Below are positions 9,697-18,862 of a DNA stretch of 64,000 nt, piece by piece. The stretch lies in the NCBI RefSeq assembly GCF_031581065.1, contig NZ_JAVLBN010000003.1:2009-66008 (forward strand), in the 5' to 3' direction. Position numbers and translations under genes: made by a program. The notes under the pieces are model-generated. The model was not told where the DNA came from. It saw only the letters and a program-made list of their open reading frames with translations, and searched no databases. Numbering within the stretch: the stretch's first letter is position 1; each line of letters begins with the position of its first letter. The DNA is from Salibacter sp. (GTDB taxonomy: Bacteria; Bacteroidota; Bacteroidia; Flavobacteriales_G; Salibacteraceae).

Positions 9697-12141
9697 CTAT
9701 TCGAATTTCAATTGCATTTTTTGAATGCGGCTTTCGAGTGATTCTGCAATGAATTTTTCCCTCAATCGATCTACCATCACGGGAAAGGCGAAGGGAGTGG
9801 GCTTTTCAGGTTCTGACAGAATAAACTCCTGGCTGTTGATGCGTTCAAGTGTTTTGAATAGCCTGTTAAACTCGAGTTGAAACTCCATGGCTTCTTCAAA
9901 TGCTTCTTTATAAAGTAGATTGCGCGGTTCGTAATCGCGAAATACATCGAAAAACAGTTGTGAGGAAGATTGCAGGTGTCGGTCAGATTTTGATTTTCCG
10001 GGATAGCCTTTGAATACGAGTCCGCTAATGCCGGCAATTTCGCGAAACCTCCTTCGAGCCATTTCTGATGCATTGATGCTGTTTTGAATATCATCCATCA
10101 AATGCTCAGTAGTGAAAAGGTTATTGTCAATTGCTTCCTGTATAGGTACCGGTTGATCGCTGAGTAATTCAAATCCGTAATCGTTGACTGCGATAGAGAA
10201 CGAGATAGGCTTGAGTAAACTCATGCGATAAGCGATTAGGCTGGCGATTCCTTCATGAACAAAGCGGCCGTCAAACGGATACATGCAGCAATGGTGGCCC
10301 TCTTTACTTTCAAAAGATTCTATGAGAAACTCGTTTTCCAGCGGAACATGACTTCGCTCTTTTTGAAAGTTCAGGAGTGGCTGAATAGTCTTGAGTTCAA
10401 CATCCGATCCGGTGTTTAAAATGGCTTCTTGCATTTTTTCGCGGAGCATTTCAGATAAGTTGCTGCTCAAAGGCATTCTTCCTCCCTGCCAACTGGGAAT
10501 TTTTCCGGTTTTGCTTTTACTCCTTTTTACCTGAACGACCATGTCTTTGATTCTCACTAGTTCAAGACTTCTTCCGGCAAACCAAAAGACATCGCCAGGC
10601 TTGAGTTTTGAGATAAACGACTCTTCAATTGAGCCTATTCTTCCTCCTGAAACAAATTTTACCGTTAGCATAGCATCAGAGACGATTGCTCCAATTTGCA
10701 AGCGATGCCTCATGGCTACTTTTCTGCTCGTTACTTTGTAGAGATTGTCTTCCAGCACTTCAACTTTGTGGTATTCATTATAGCTGTGTAGGCTGTCACC
10801 TCCTGTTGTGATGAAATCCAGGCACCAGAGCCATTCATCATCATTGATACTGTTAAAACTGAATGTGGATTTTATCTGTTCCAGTGTTTCATCGGGATAG
10901 AAACCATCACCAACAGCAAGAGTGGTGAGGTATTGAACCAAAACATCAAACGACCGGATATAAGGAGTTCGTTCCTCCATGTAATTTTGGTCGATCGCTT
11001 TTCTCAGTGCAGCCGCCTCAATCAGCTCGAGCGAATGAGTTGGAACGAAGTAGATTTTACTTTTCTCTCCCGGTCGGTGTCCACTTCTCCCTGCTCGTTG
11101 AGCAAACCGAGCTACTCCTTTTGGTCCGCCAATTTGAATAATCGTTTCAACAGGTCTAAAATCAACTCCCAGGTCGAGGCTCGATGTGCACACTACAGCT
11201 TTTAGTCGTTCGTCATGCAGAGCATCCTCAACCCAATCGCGCAGTTCCCCTGAAATAGAGCCGTGATGCATGGCTATTTGTCCGGCTAATTCAGGATCTT
11301 CATCCAGAATTCGTTGATACCAAATTTCACATTGAGAACGCGTATTGGTGAAAATAAGAGTTGTTTTGCTTTCATTGATAATGGGGACAACTTTTGCCAG
11401 GAGCTTTATGCCGAGGTGCCCGCTCCATGGAAACTTTTCAACTTCATCGGGTAAAACAGAAATGATCTCGAGCTCTTTTTTGATATCTGCTTTAATGAAA
11501 GCCGTTTTTTGTGGGTCGTGGTCAGATCCGAGTAATACTTCCATCGATTCCTCCATATTACCGATCGTAGCTGAAATGCCCCATACGCGCAATTTGTTGG
11601 AGAGGGATTTGAGTCTGCTCAGAGCCAGCTCCATCATCACCCCTCTTTTAGAGCCCATCAACTCGTGCCATTCATCACATACAACAGCTTTGAGGTTTTT
11701 GAATCGCTTTGAGGCATTTTTTTGTGCGAGGAGTAAGTGTAAACTCTCAGGAGTCGTGATCAATATTTGCGGCATTTTACGTGATTGGCGGGCTCGTTCT
11801 TTACTTGATGTGTCCCCGGTTCTGACCGAAACCTCCCAGGGAATATCGAGACCCTCAATCATTCTTTTACTGGATAGGTGAATTTCTTTACTCAGCGCCC
11901 GAATTGGCGTAATCCAGATGACTTGAAGTCCGCGAGGCTGTTTGTAGTTTGCTTTTTGTGAACTGAGATATTCAGCAACTATTCCGCCAAGCATGGCATA
12001 AGTCTTCCCCGAACCTGTTGGTGCATTGATCAATCCGTTCTTTCCAGATCGATATGCTGACCAGGCTTCCTTTTGAAATGGAAAAGGCTTCCAGCCCTTA
12101 TCAGAAAACCAGTTTTTAACTAATGATGTACCTGCTGCCAC
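9697..12141 (-). CDS. Lhr-core / ligase-associated-type DEXH-box helicase
   Basis: 814 aa. Walker A NAPTGSGKT, DEWH box (VVCDEWHEL), motif VI QRAGRSGHRPG, and a long C-terminal DEAD/H-associated region. Confidence 0.8.
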   Translation of the reverse strand: MAAGTSLVKNWFSDKGWKPFPFQKEAWSAYRSGKNGLINAPTGSGKTYAMLGGIVAEYLSSQKANYKQPRGLQVIWITPIRALSKEIHLSSKRMIEGLDIPWEVSVRTGDTSSKERARQSRKMPQILITTPESLHLLLAQKNASKRFKNLKAVVCDEWHELMGSKRGVMMELALSRLKSLSNKLRVWGISATIGNMEESMEVLLGSDHDPQKTAFIKADIKKELEIISVLPDEVEKFPWSGHLGIKLLAKVVPIINESKTTLIFTNTRSQCEIWYQRILDEDPELAGQIAMHHGSISGELRDWVEDALHDERLKAVVCTSSLDLGVDFRPVETIIQIGGPKGVARFAQRAGRSGHRPGEKSKIYFVPTHSLELIEAAALRKAIDQNYMEERTPYIRSFDVLVQYLTTLAVGDGFYPDETLEQIKSTFSFNSINDDEWLWCLDFITTGGDSLHSYNEYHKVEVLEDNLYKVTSRKVAMRHRLQIGAIVSDAMLTVKFVSGGRIGSIEESFISKLKPGDVFWFAGRSLELVRIKDMVVQVKRSKSKTGKIPSWQGGRMPLSSNLSEMLREKMQEAILNTGSDVELKTIQPLLNFQKERSHVPLENEFLIESFESKEGHHCCMYPFDGRFVHEGIASLIAYRMSLLKPISFSIAVNDYGFELLSDQPVPIQEAIDNNLFTTEHLMDDIQNSINASEMARRRFREIAGISGLVFKGYPGKSKSDRHLQSSSQLFFDVFRDYEPRNLLYKEAFEEAMEFQLEFNRLFKTLERINSQEFILSEPEKPTPFAFPVMVDRLREKFIAESLESRIQKMQLKFE

Positions 12142-12257
12142 AATGAAGTAATTCCAAATAAACGTAAAATGTTCAACCTTCCTGTAATTTTAATAAGTGC
12201 AAGAGACTTATATACTTGAGACTTTTTATATCAAAGGTCAAACTATGTTAACACAAG

Positions 12258-12542
12258 ATGCAAACCTTAGGGAAAATAAAAGGGGTAGATTTTATACAAA
12301 CCGATATTAGTGTAAAAAAAGGCAGTGCTATAGTACCTTTACTCAGAAATAACCGAGGCCTTCATGGTTTTGTGAATAACAAGGTTTACGATTACCGCGT
12401 TCAGGGTCTCGGGTTTGCTATAAGAAATAACATGATCAATAGCTTCCTAAGAGGAGAGGAAAGAAAAGTTGAACTCGAAGAAGTTGACTCAGATAAAGTT
12501 GAAGAAGAAAACGAAGAAGAAATCACAGAGGAAGAGGATTAA
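12258..12542 (+). CDS. Hypothetical 94-aa protein; possible remnant of the C-terminal half of a trypsin-like (HtrA/S1C) protease, with an acidic tail
   Basis: FIQTD..KGSAIVPLL...GLHGF...GLGFAIRNNMI resembles FIQTDAAINPGNSGGPL...G.GFAIP of HtrA. The catalytic GNSGG box is degenerate and the His/Asp half is missing. Confidence 0.35.
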   Translation: MQTLGKIKGVDFIQTDISVKKGSAIVPLLRNNRGLHGFVNNKVYDYRVQGLGFAIRNNMINSFLRGEERKVELEEVDSDKVEEENEEEITEEED

Positions 12543-13579
12543 CGCTCTTCCTTTTTCTTACCCTTTTCTTTGAATCGGATTGATTTGATAACAGCTTCTA
12601 CTTCTCTCAAGTATTCACGTTTATCAAACTCAGGGGCGTAAGCATACCCGTAAGCCGTTACAACTTCATTTTTATGCTCATTCAAAATTGTGAGCATTAC
12701 GAATGGTCCTCCCATCAGGTAGCCTTCTGTTCGCCAAAGACCGCGGACCTCTGTGGCAAAATGATCTCTGAAGTTGATTTCCTCAGCTCGCGGACGAACA
12801 AACCGGGTGTCAATGTCCATGTAAGAATTCTCAACCGGACCTGGAATGGTAGCCTTTAAAGCGCTATCGGCTTTGTTGATGATATTTGTTGGTTGGAGTT
12901 GATCGGGTGAGGTGTAAGGGTGTTTGAAAACCAACACCCCCTGGCTGATCTGATGCTTAAAGCCTCCTCTTTCGCGTTCACGTTCAAGCCTCAACCAAAC
13001 AAAGTCTTTATTTGACTTGGCAAAATACATCCCTTTCATAGTCGTGATCTCAATATTCAATAAGCTGTCAATACGATCGTTGAGTTCTTCACTTCCGGCA
13101 CTTTTATTTTTGTGGTAGAGCCTGTCGAGAGATTTTGCTTCAAAGTAATCGATGAGGTTTTGCGATTCCTCGTTGAACTTTTTGATGAGTCCCTCTTCAT
13201 CTTTCGCCTTGATGCGAACGATCAATTGATGGCGAGCCCACACGTTTTTTTGAATATCCATTTTAGGTCCGGTTACCCGTGTTGGATCGATTTCAAAAAT
13301 GAGGATATTCCCAAACGACTTGTAGACCTTGCTAAAACTCTTGTCAGTAGTGTGCTGTACGTTGAAAATCGGTTCTGACTGTGGAAGGCCGTATTGCGTT
13401 TTTCTCAGCTTTTCCCGAATCGTATCGCCAAGTTTTCCTTTCCACATATCCTGTTTTACCCAAACGATCAAGTCTCCTCCTTCTCCGCTCGCCATAGGCA
13501 AAAAGCGTTGGTTGTCTTCATCGCTCGAACAGCCGATGAAAAAGAGGACAGAAAGGAAAAATGCGAAATATTTAGCCAT
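12539..13579 (-). CDS. DUF4837-like lipoprotein
   Basis: 346 aa with lipobox FFIGCSS. I recognise the overall sequence as the conserved Bacteroidota DUF4837 type. No homology search was run. Confidence 0.55.
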   Translation of the reverse strand: MAKYFAFFLSVLFFIGCSSDEDNQRFLPMASGEGGDLIVWVKQDMWKGKLGDTIREKLRKTQYGLPQSEPIFNVQHTTDKSFSKVYKSFGNILIFEIDPTRVTGPKMDIQKNVWARHQLIVRIKAKDEEGLIKKFNEESQNLIDYFEAKSLDRLYHKNKSAGSEELNDRIDSLLNIEITTMKGMYFAKSNKDFVWLRLERERERGGFKHQISQGVLVFKHPYTSPDQLQPTNIINKADSALKATIPGPVENSYMDIDTRFVRPRAEEINFRDHFATEVRGLWRTEGYLMGGPFVMLTILNEHKNEVVTAYGYAYAPEFDKREYLREVEAVIKSIRFKEKGKKKEER

Positions 13580-15053
13580 TTGTACCTACCACTATTTTCA
13601 TTCCCGGTTTTAAGCGGGAATAGTTGACGTTTTTATTCAGTTCTTTTAGCTGAGAAACGCTAATTCCGCGGGCTTTTGCAATGTCCCACAGCGTATCACC
13701 ACTTTGTATTTGGTAGTAAACCTTGCCTCCATCTTGCACAACCTCAATTTTTTTCGGTTCACTTTTTTGAGCGTAATGGTTACCACCTTTCGGGTAAATC
13801 ACAAGTCGCTGACCGATGTTTATGCGTGAAGACCTCAGGTTATTCCAGCGCATAATTTCACTGGATCTAACACCATAACGTTGAGCAATTCGTCCTAGTA
13901 CATCACCGCTCCTTACACGGTAGTAAACGCGATCTTCTTCAAACTCTTTTAAGTTTCCGTCATTCTCTTCACCCATCGTCTCATAAGTGGATGCTATGAG
14001 GGTATCCTGTTGCTCGTAAAATTCAAAAACCTTTTCGCGGGGGAGTCTCAGGATATTTGTTTTATCGCTGTAAGCAGGGATAAGATCACGCTTGTATGCC
14101 GGATTTAAAAAACTCAACTCTCTTTCGGTCAGATCCAGTTTTAAACTCAGTTCAGAGTAGAAAATTGGTCCTTTCACGTGAACGGTATCTGTCTCGAAGA
14201 AAGTTTTGAGTGGAGCTACACGGTTGATCTTGTATTCATCGGCATGTTCAAAAACGTAATATGCTGCGATAAAAGCCGGAACATAACCTCTTGTTTCACG
14301 AGGTAGAAAAGGGTAGAGATCCCAGTAATTTCCATCTTTAGACCCCGATCTTCTCATGGCTCGGTTCACGTTTCCGGGGCCGCAGTTGTAAGCTGCTAAA
14401 GCCAAATCCCATTTGTCATACATTCTGTATAAATACTTGAGGTATTGGGCTGCTGCATGAGTCGATTTAACCGGATCCATCCGTTCATCCATGTAGGAGT
14501 TTTGTTCCAAATCATACATTTTACCTGTAGAGTACATAAACTGCCACATTCCCACAGCGCCAGCATGTGAACGAGCTCTTGGGTTGAGAGCACTTTCCAC
14601 AACTGCTAAATATTTTAATTCTAATGGAACATCGTGCTGATCGAGTACTTCTTCAAACATAGGGAAGTAATACTCGCTCAAACCGAGCATTCTGGAAACT
14701 TGTTCTCTCCTTTTTACTGCGTAAAGGTTGATGAAGGCTTCAACGCGATCGTTGTGAACCACATTGAATGGAGTGCGCAGATTCAGCGAATCCAAACGAT
14801 TTTTCACAATGGAGTCGCTGAAAGTTGGAATTTCATTTTTGGGTATTTCCAAAAAGCCGGTATCAAAAGTCAGCTTTGCTGATTCTGCCATTTCAAAATA
14901 CGGGGCATGCATCATGCTATCCATTGCCGCTACTAACGATGAGGTTTGTTCGATCACGGTAGTATCAATCGGTTCTGACTGTGAGCTATCTGGCTTTGTT
15001 GCCAACGCGCTCAATGAAAAAAATAAAAGACTTGTTAATGAAATCCACTTCAT
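13572..15053 (-). CDS. Lytic transglycosylase (MltD-like) with two LysM domains
   Basis: 493 aa with a signal peptide. SLT catalytic region VVESALNPRARSHAGAVGMWQFM, plus two C-terminal LysM repeats (YRVRSGDVLGRIAQRYGV and YQIQSGDTLWDIAKARGI). Confidence 0.88.
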   Translation of the reverse strand: MKWISLTSLLFFSLSALATKPDSSQSEPIDTTVIEQTSSLVAAMDSMMHAPYFEMAESAKLTFDTGFLEIPKNEIPTFSDSIVKNRLDSLNLRTPFNVVHNDRVEAFINLYAVKRREQVSRMLGLSEYYFPMFEEVLDQHDVPLELKYLAVVESALNPRARSHAGAVGMWQFMYSTGKMYDLEQNSYMDERMDPVKSTHAAAQYLKYLYRMYDKWDLALAAYNCGPGNVNRAMRRSGSKDGNYWDLYPFLPRETRGYVPAFIAAYYVFEHADEYKINRVAPLKTFFETDTVHVKGPIFYSELSLKLDLTERELSFLNPAYKRDLIPAYSDKTNILRLPREKVFEFYEQQDTLIASTYETMGEENDGNLKEFEEDRVYYRVRSGDVLGRIAQRYGVRSSEIMRWNNLRSSRINIGQRLVIYPKGGNHYAQKSEPKKIEVVQDGGKVYYQIQSGDTLWDIAKARGISVSQLKELNKNVNYSRLKPGMKIVVGTNG

Positions 15054-15079
15054 GGGTTGAAATTTATGCAGCTAATATG

Positions 15080-15112
15080 AAAAAACCATTGGCTGCTGTG
15101 AACCAATGGTTT
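15080..15112 (-). terminator. Rho-independent terminator after gatA
   Basis: On the minus strand, AAACCATTGG..CCAATGGTTT forms a stem followed by TTTTTT, about 35 nt after the gatA stop. Confidence 0.7.
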
Positions 15113-15147
15113 CGTTACTTTTACACAACGGAGTTTTAACGAAATAG

Positions 15148-16557
15148 TTACTCAGTTAGTGTGCTAGCGAAACTGAGCAACTTCTTTTCTTCGAATGAAC
15201 CGGCCATTATTTGCAGTCCATAAGGCATTCCGTTGCTGTGAAATCCAGCCGGAATCGATATTGCTGGTGTCCCGGCCAAGTTGGAGTGGACCGTGAAAAT
15301 ATCTTCCAGATACATCGAAACGGGATCATTATCATTGGCTCCAAACTCAAAAGCTGTCTTTGGAGTTGTTGGAGACAGGATGAAATCATAATCCCTGAGC
15401 ATTTCATCAGTTTTTTCGCGAATAATTCTTCTAACTTTTTGTGCTTTAGAGTAGTAAGCATCGTAATAGCCGGCACTCAAAACAAATGTGCCCAGCATGA
15501 TTCTGCGTTTTACCTCAGTGCCAAAGCCTTCAGTTCTCGACTTTACATAAGTTGATTCGAGATCCTCTGCCTGTTCGCTTCTGTAACCGTAACGCATTCC
15601 GTCATAGCGCGACAGGTTACTCGATGCCTCAGCATTTGAAAGCACGTAATAAGTTGGAACGAGTTTATCTAAAATATCAAGACTCACATAATCAATAGTG
15701 TGGCCTTGTTGTTTTAGCGAGTCTATTCTTTCTTCGAGATTCTTTTTTATTTCAGGATCGAGTCCGTCAGTCTCAAAAGTTTCTTTGATGACTGCAATTT
15801 TTGCTTTGCCATCAAACTTTGGAGCTGTTGAATAAGCATCCGTCTTTTTCGTTGAGGCAGTGCTGTCTTTTTGGTCAGATCCGGCAATAACCTCCAGGAT
15901 AAGTGCCGAATCTTCAACCGAGTTCGTAAGCGGGCCAATTTGATCGAGCGATGACCCGTAAGCGATAAGCCCCCAACGTGAAACTCTTCCGTAAGTAGGT
16001 TTGAGACCTACAACACCACAAAATGAAGCGGGTTGACGAATAGATCCACCAGTGTCGGATCCAAGAGTTGCAAGACATAATCCAGCAGCTACAGCAGCTG
16101 CTGAACCACCGGATGATCCACCGGGTACCCGGTTCTGATCGTGAGGGTTTTTCACCGCACCATAAGCCGAGTGCTCATTAGAACTACCCATTGCAAATTC
16201 ATCACAATTCAGGCGACCGATGATCACGGCATCCTCTTCGAGAAGTCTTTCCACAACGGTTGCACTGTAGAGTGACTCAAAGTTTTCCAGGATTTTTGAG
16301 GAAGCACTCACAGCATGACCTTTGTAGCAAATGTTGTCTTTTAAGCCGATTACCATTCCCGCCAGCTTTCCGGCAGAGTTGTTTTTCAGCTTTTCGTCAA
16401 CTTTTTTGGCCTGCTCGATAGCATCCTGATCAAAAACCTCGAGAAAGGCATTGAGCGACTCTTTTTCTTTAATGGTTTCAAGGTAGTTGCGCGTAATATC
16501 TACAACGGTTTTACCGTTTTCGATTTCGCGCTTTACCTGTTCAAAAGATGTGTACAC
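15148..16557 (-). CDS. gatA: Glu-tRNA(Gln)/Asp-tRNA(Asn) amidotransferase subunit A
   Basis: 469 aa with amidase signature GGSSGGSAAAVAAG and GSDTGGSIRQPASFCG. Confidence 0.93.
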   Translation of the reverse strand: MYTSFEQVKREIENGKTVVDITRNYLETIKEKESLNAFLEVFDQDAIEQAKKVDEKLKNNSAGKLAGMVIGLKDNICYKGHAVSASSKILENFESLYSATVVERLLEEDAVIIGRLNCDEFAMGSSNEHSAYGAVKNPHDQNRVPGGSSGGSAAAVAAGLCLATLGSDTGGSIRQPASFCGVVGLKPTYGRVSRWGLIAYGSSLDQIGPLTNSVEDSALILEVIAGSDQKDSTASTKKTDAYSTAPKFDGKAKIAVIKETFETDGLDPEIKKNLEERIDSLKQQGHTIDYVSLDILDKLVPTYYVLSNAEASSNLSRYDGMRYGYRSEQAEDLESTYVKSRTEGFGTEVKRRIMLGTFVLSAGYYDAYYSKAQKVRRIIREKTDEMLRDYDFILSPTTPKTAFEFGANDNDPVSMYLEDIFTVHSNLAGTPAISIPAGFHSNGMPYGLQIMAGSFEEKKLLSFASTLTE

Positions 16558-16579
16558 GTGATTGAGTTTTGAGAACGTG

Positions 16580-16765
16580 TTAGCTTTCTTTTTTGTCTTC
16601 TACTTTGTTCTTTTTGGAGTTTGCATCATCGTCTTCGTTAGAAGCGTCTTTAAATTCTCTGATGCCTTTTCCAAGTCCTTTCATTAGCTCGGGAAGTTTT
16701 TTACCGCCAAACAGTAAAAGTGCGAGCAAAAGAATGAGGACGATTTGCCATGGACCAATATTCAT
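16580..16765 (-). CDS. tatA: Twin-arginine translocase subunit TatA/E
   Basis: 61 aa. MNIGPWQIVLILLLALLLFGGKKLPELMKGLGKGIREFK is followed by an acidic tail. Confidence 0.9.
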   Translation of the reverse strand: MNIGPWQIVLILLLALLLFGGKKLPELMKGLGKGIREFKDASNEDDDANSKKNKVEDKKES

Positions 16766-16844
16766 AATTTCCTCCTATATAGTTCTCGTTTATTCAACGC
16801 TAAATTGATGGGCAAAGGTACGAAAATGAACGGCAAAATTGAGA

Positions 16845-18104
16845 CTATCTTGCTTTATAAAGCCAATATGCAGGGTTGAGGGTTTCAGCCTTTTGTCCTT
16901 TGCGTATTTGGAATTCCATTTCAGTCTTGCCCTGGCTGGTTCTAATCGTGCCGATAGCTTGTTTACTGGTTACTTTTTCACCGGTTGTGACGAATACGTC
17001 ATCGAGTTTTCCGTAGGCTGTGAGGTAATCTCCGTGACGGATTACCACAACTTTTCCGGCACCCGGAATGATCAACACTTTGCTCACTTCACCGTCAAAT
17101 ACAGCTCGTGCAGTTGATCCTTCTTCAGTGCTGATGGCAACACCGTCATTTTTTACTTTCAGGTGGCTGAGTACCGGGTGTGCTTTGATTCCGTAACTCT
17201 GCGTGATAACACCTTTTTCTGTAGGCCAGGGTAGTTTACCCTTGTTGCTTGTAAAGTCATCGGCAAGTGCTTTTGCTTCAGGTGTTAGAGCCCATTCGCT
17301 TTCTTTTGATTTTGGATTGGCTTCTCGAGACTTACGCAACTCCTCGGCAATAACGCGCTGAATCGCTTTTTGGATAGCGAGCTGTTCTTCCTGTTTCTTT
17401 TCGATTTCTTTTTTGAGTTCACGCTCTTTTTGCTTGAGGTTGTTTGCGAGCGATTCCTGCTCATGTTGTTCCCCTGCAAGTTTTTGTTTTTCAGAACTCA
17501 AATCGGTGAGGAGTTGCTCCTTTTGTTTTCGGTCTTTTTTGAGTTGATCGGTTTCTTCCTGGAGTTTTTTCTCAAGTCTTTTGATTGCTGCAGCTTGCCT
17601 TTTGCGATACTCGGTGTATTCGCGCAGGTATTTTATTCGCTTGTAAGCCTGGTTGAAGTCTTTGGCCGCAAAAACGAACATGAGTTTATCGTAGCTGTTC
17701 TGGTTGCGCTCAGCAAAACGAATCAACTCAGCGTATTCTTCTTTGAGCTTTTTGAGGTCGTTGTGCATCGACTCTAAAAGGGCTTGATTTTCTTCAATTT
17801 CGTCAGAGAGGAGGTTGATCTCGGTTCTGATTGTGGTGATGAGTTGTTGGCGCTCATTGATTTTTTTGTTGATCAGAACCAAATCGTTGAGCGTACTTTG
17901 CTTTTGCTTTTTGGTTTGTTCGAGCAGCTTGTTTTTGTACTCAATATCCTTTACGAGGCTTGACTTTTGCTTTTCCAGCTCTTTGCGCTTTTGGCTCTGA
18001 CCAAAAACTACCGAGCAGCTCAGGAGAAGAACAAAAGCCAGTGTTGTTGCTTTAGCGAATGGGCGTATAGCTGTCGTATATTTTGAAAGGAAAGCGTTCC
18101 TCAT
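16845..18104 (-). CDS. M23/LytM peptidase family protein with coiled coil (EnvC-like murein hydrolase activator)
   Basis: 419 aa. Signal anchor, about 250 aa of heptad-rich coiled coil, and a C-terminal M23 beta-domain (GVAISTEEGSTARAVFDGEVSKV...VVIRHGDYLTAYGKL). Confidence 0.82.
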   Translation of the reverse strand: MRNAFLSKYTTAIRPFAKATTLAFVLLLSCSVVFGQSQKRKELEKQKSSLVKDIEYKNKLLEQTKKQKQSTLNDLVLINKKINERQQLITTIRTEINLLSDEIEENQALLESMHNDLKKLKEEYAELIRFAERNQNSYDKLMFVFAAKDFNQAYKRIKYLREYTEYRKRQAAAIKRLEKKLQEETDQLKKDRKQKEQLLTDLSSEKQKLAGEQHEQESLANNLKQKERELKKEIEKKQEEQLAIQKAIQRVIAEELRKSREANPKSKESEWALTPEAKALADDFTSNKGKLPWPTEKGVITQSYGIKAHPVLSHLKVKNDGVAISTEEGSTARAVFDGEVSKVLIIPGAGKVVVIRHGDYLTAYGKLDDVFVTTGEKVTSKQAIGTIRTSQGKTEMEFQIRKGQKAETLNPAYWLYKAR

Positions 18105-18858
18105 CGTTAATGTTTATTCGCGAATATTGGTTTTCAATAGTAAGCTTTTGCTTTGACTTGATGGTTATGGTAGACTCAGTTGCGAGGACAAAGTTGTCGA
18201 TTTCTTTGAAATCCTGATAATCGATGAGGGCACTTCGTTTATTTCGTAAGTCGAGTATTTGCAATTTTGATAATCGGTAGTTTGCCGGATTGATCCAGTT
18301 ACTGATTACGATATCGTCATCAATCTTGTGACTTTTTTCTCTGGCTTTTTTCAATTTGCGCTTTTTGAGCGTACTCAGCAGGTAGAGATCGTTATCGTTA
18401 CTCCGCTTGATATTGGGGTCATCAATGTCGATTGCATTGCCGAGAAGGATTGACTGCAACTGATTGAAGTCGATATTGAGATCTAACTTTTCTTCGAGGA
18501 AAGAATATTCTCCGCTGAAGTATTCTTTTTTCGTTTTGTTGACAAAAAACAAACTGTCAGGACGAGCCAAAGCACGTGCAACTTCGTAACCGTATGCGGT
18601 AAATGAAATCCATATAACGGAATCAACCTGAATGCGGCAATTCATTTTTACGCTGTTCTTTTTGTCTTTCGATTTTATGTCGACAGCAGACTTAAATGAA
18701 ATGGTTTTTGGGTTTATCTCGTGCTTTTTGATACTGTCGATGAGTTGTTCTGTGCGCTTGTTCAGGTCAGCTTTAGCGCCATCACCAGCTTTTTGGGTGG
18801 CTTTACAACTGTACAGCACTAACGGAATGATGAATAGGAATAAAATGTTACGCATCAT
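18052..18858 (-). CDS. DUF4292-like (LolB-fold) lipoprotein
   Basis: 268 aa with lipobox LVLYSCK. The gene order TPR protein / this gene / M23 peptidase is conserved in Bacteroidota. Confidence 0.55.
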   Translation of the reverse strand: MMRNILFLFIIPLVLYSCKATQKAGDGAKADLNKRTEQLIDSIKKHEINPKTISFKSAVDIKSKDKKNSVKMNCRIQVDSVIWISFTAYGYEVARALARPDSLFFVNKTKKEYFSGEYSFLEEKLDLNIDFNQLQSILLGNAIDIDDPNIKRSNDNDLYLLSTLKKRKLKKAREKSHKIDDDIVISNWINPANYRLSKLQILDLRNKRSALIDYQDFKEIDNFVLATESTITIKSKQKLTIENQYSRININDEERFPFKIYDSYTPIR

Positions 18859-18862
18859 AAGC

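Noticed and set aside
11345-11881. Long antisense or overlapping ORFs inside well-supported genes, for example 11345-11881 (178 aa) in the helicase, 36203-36679 (158 aa) in radA, 29708-30157 (149 aa) in eamA, 17370-17777 (135 aa) in the M23 gene, and 34105-34416 antisense to the carrier/E1 genes.
   Set aside because: They have no recognisable motifs and show the biased composition typical of the reverse strand of real genes. Each is fully contained in a CDS with strong family signatures.
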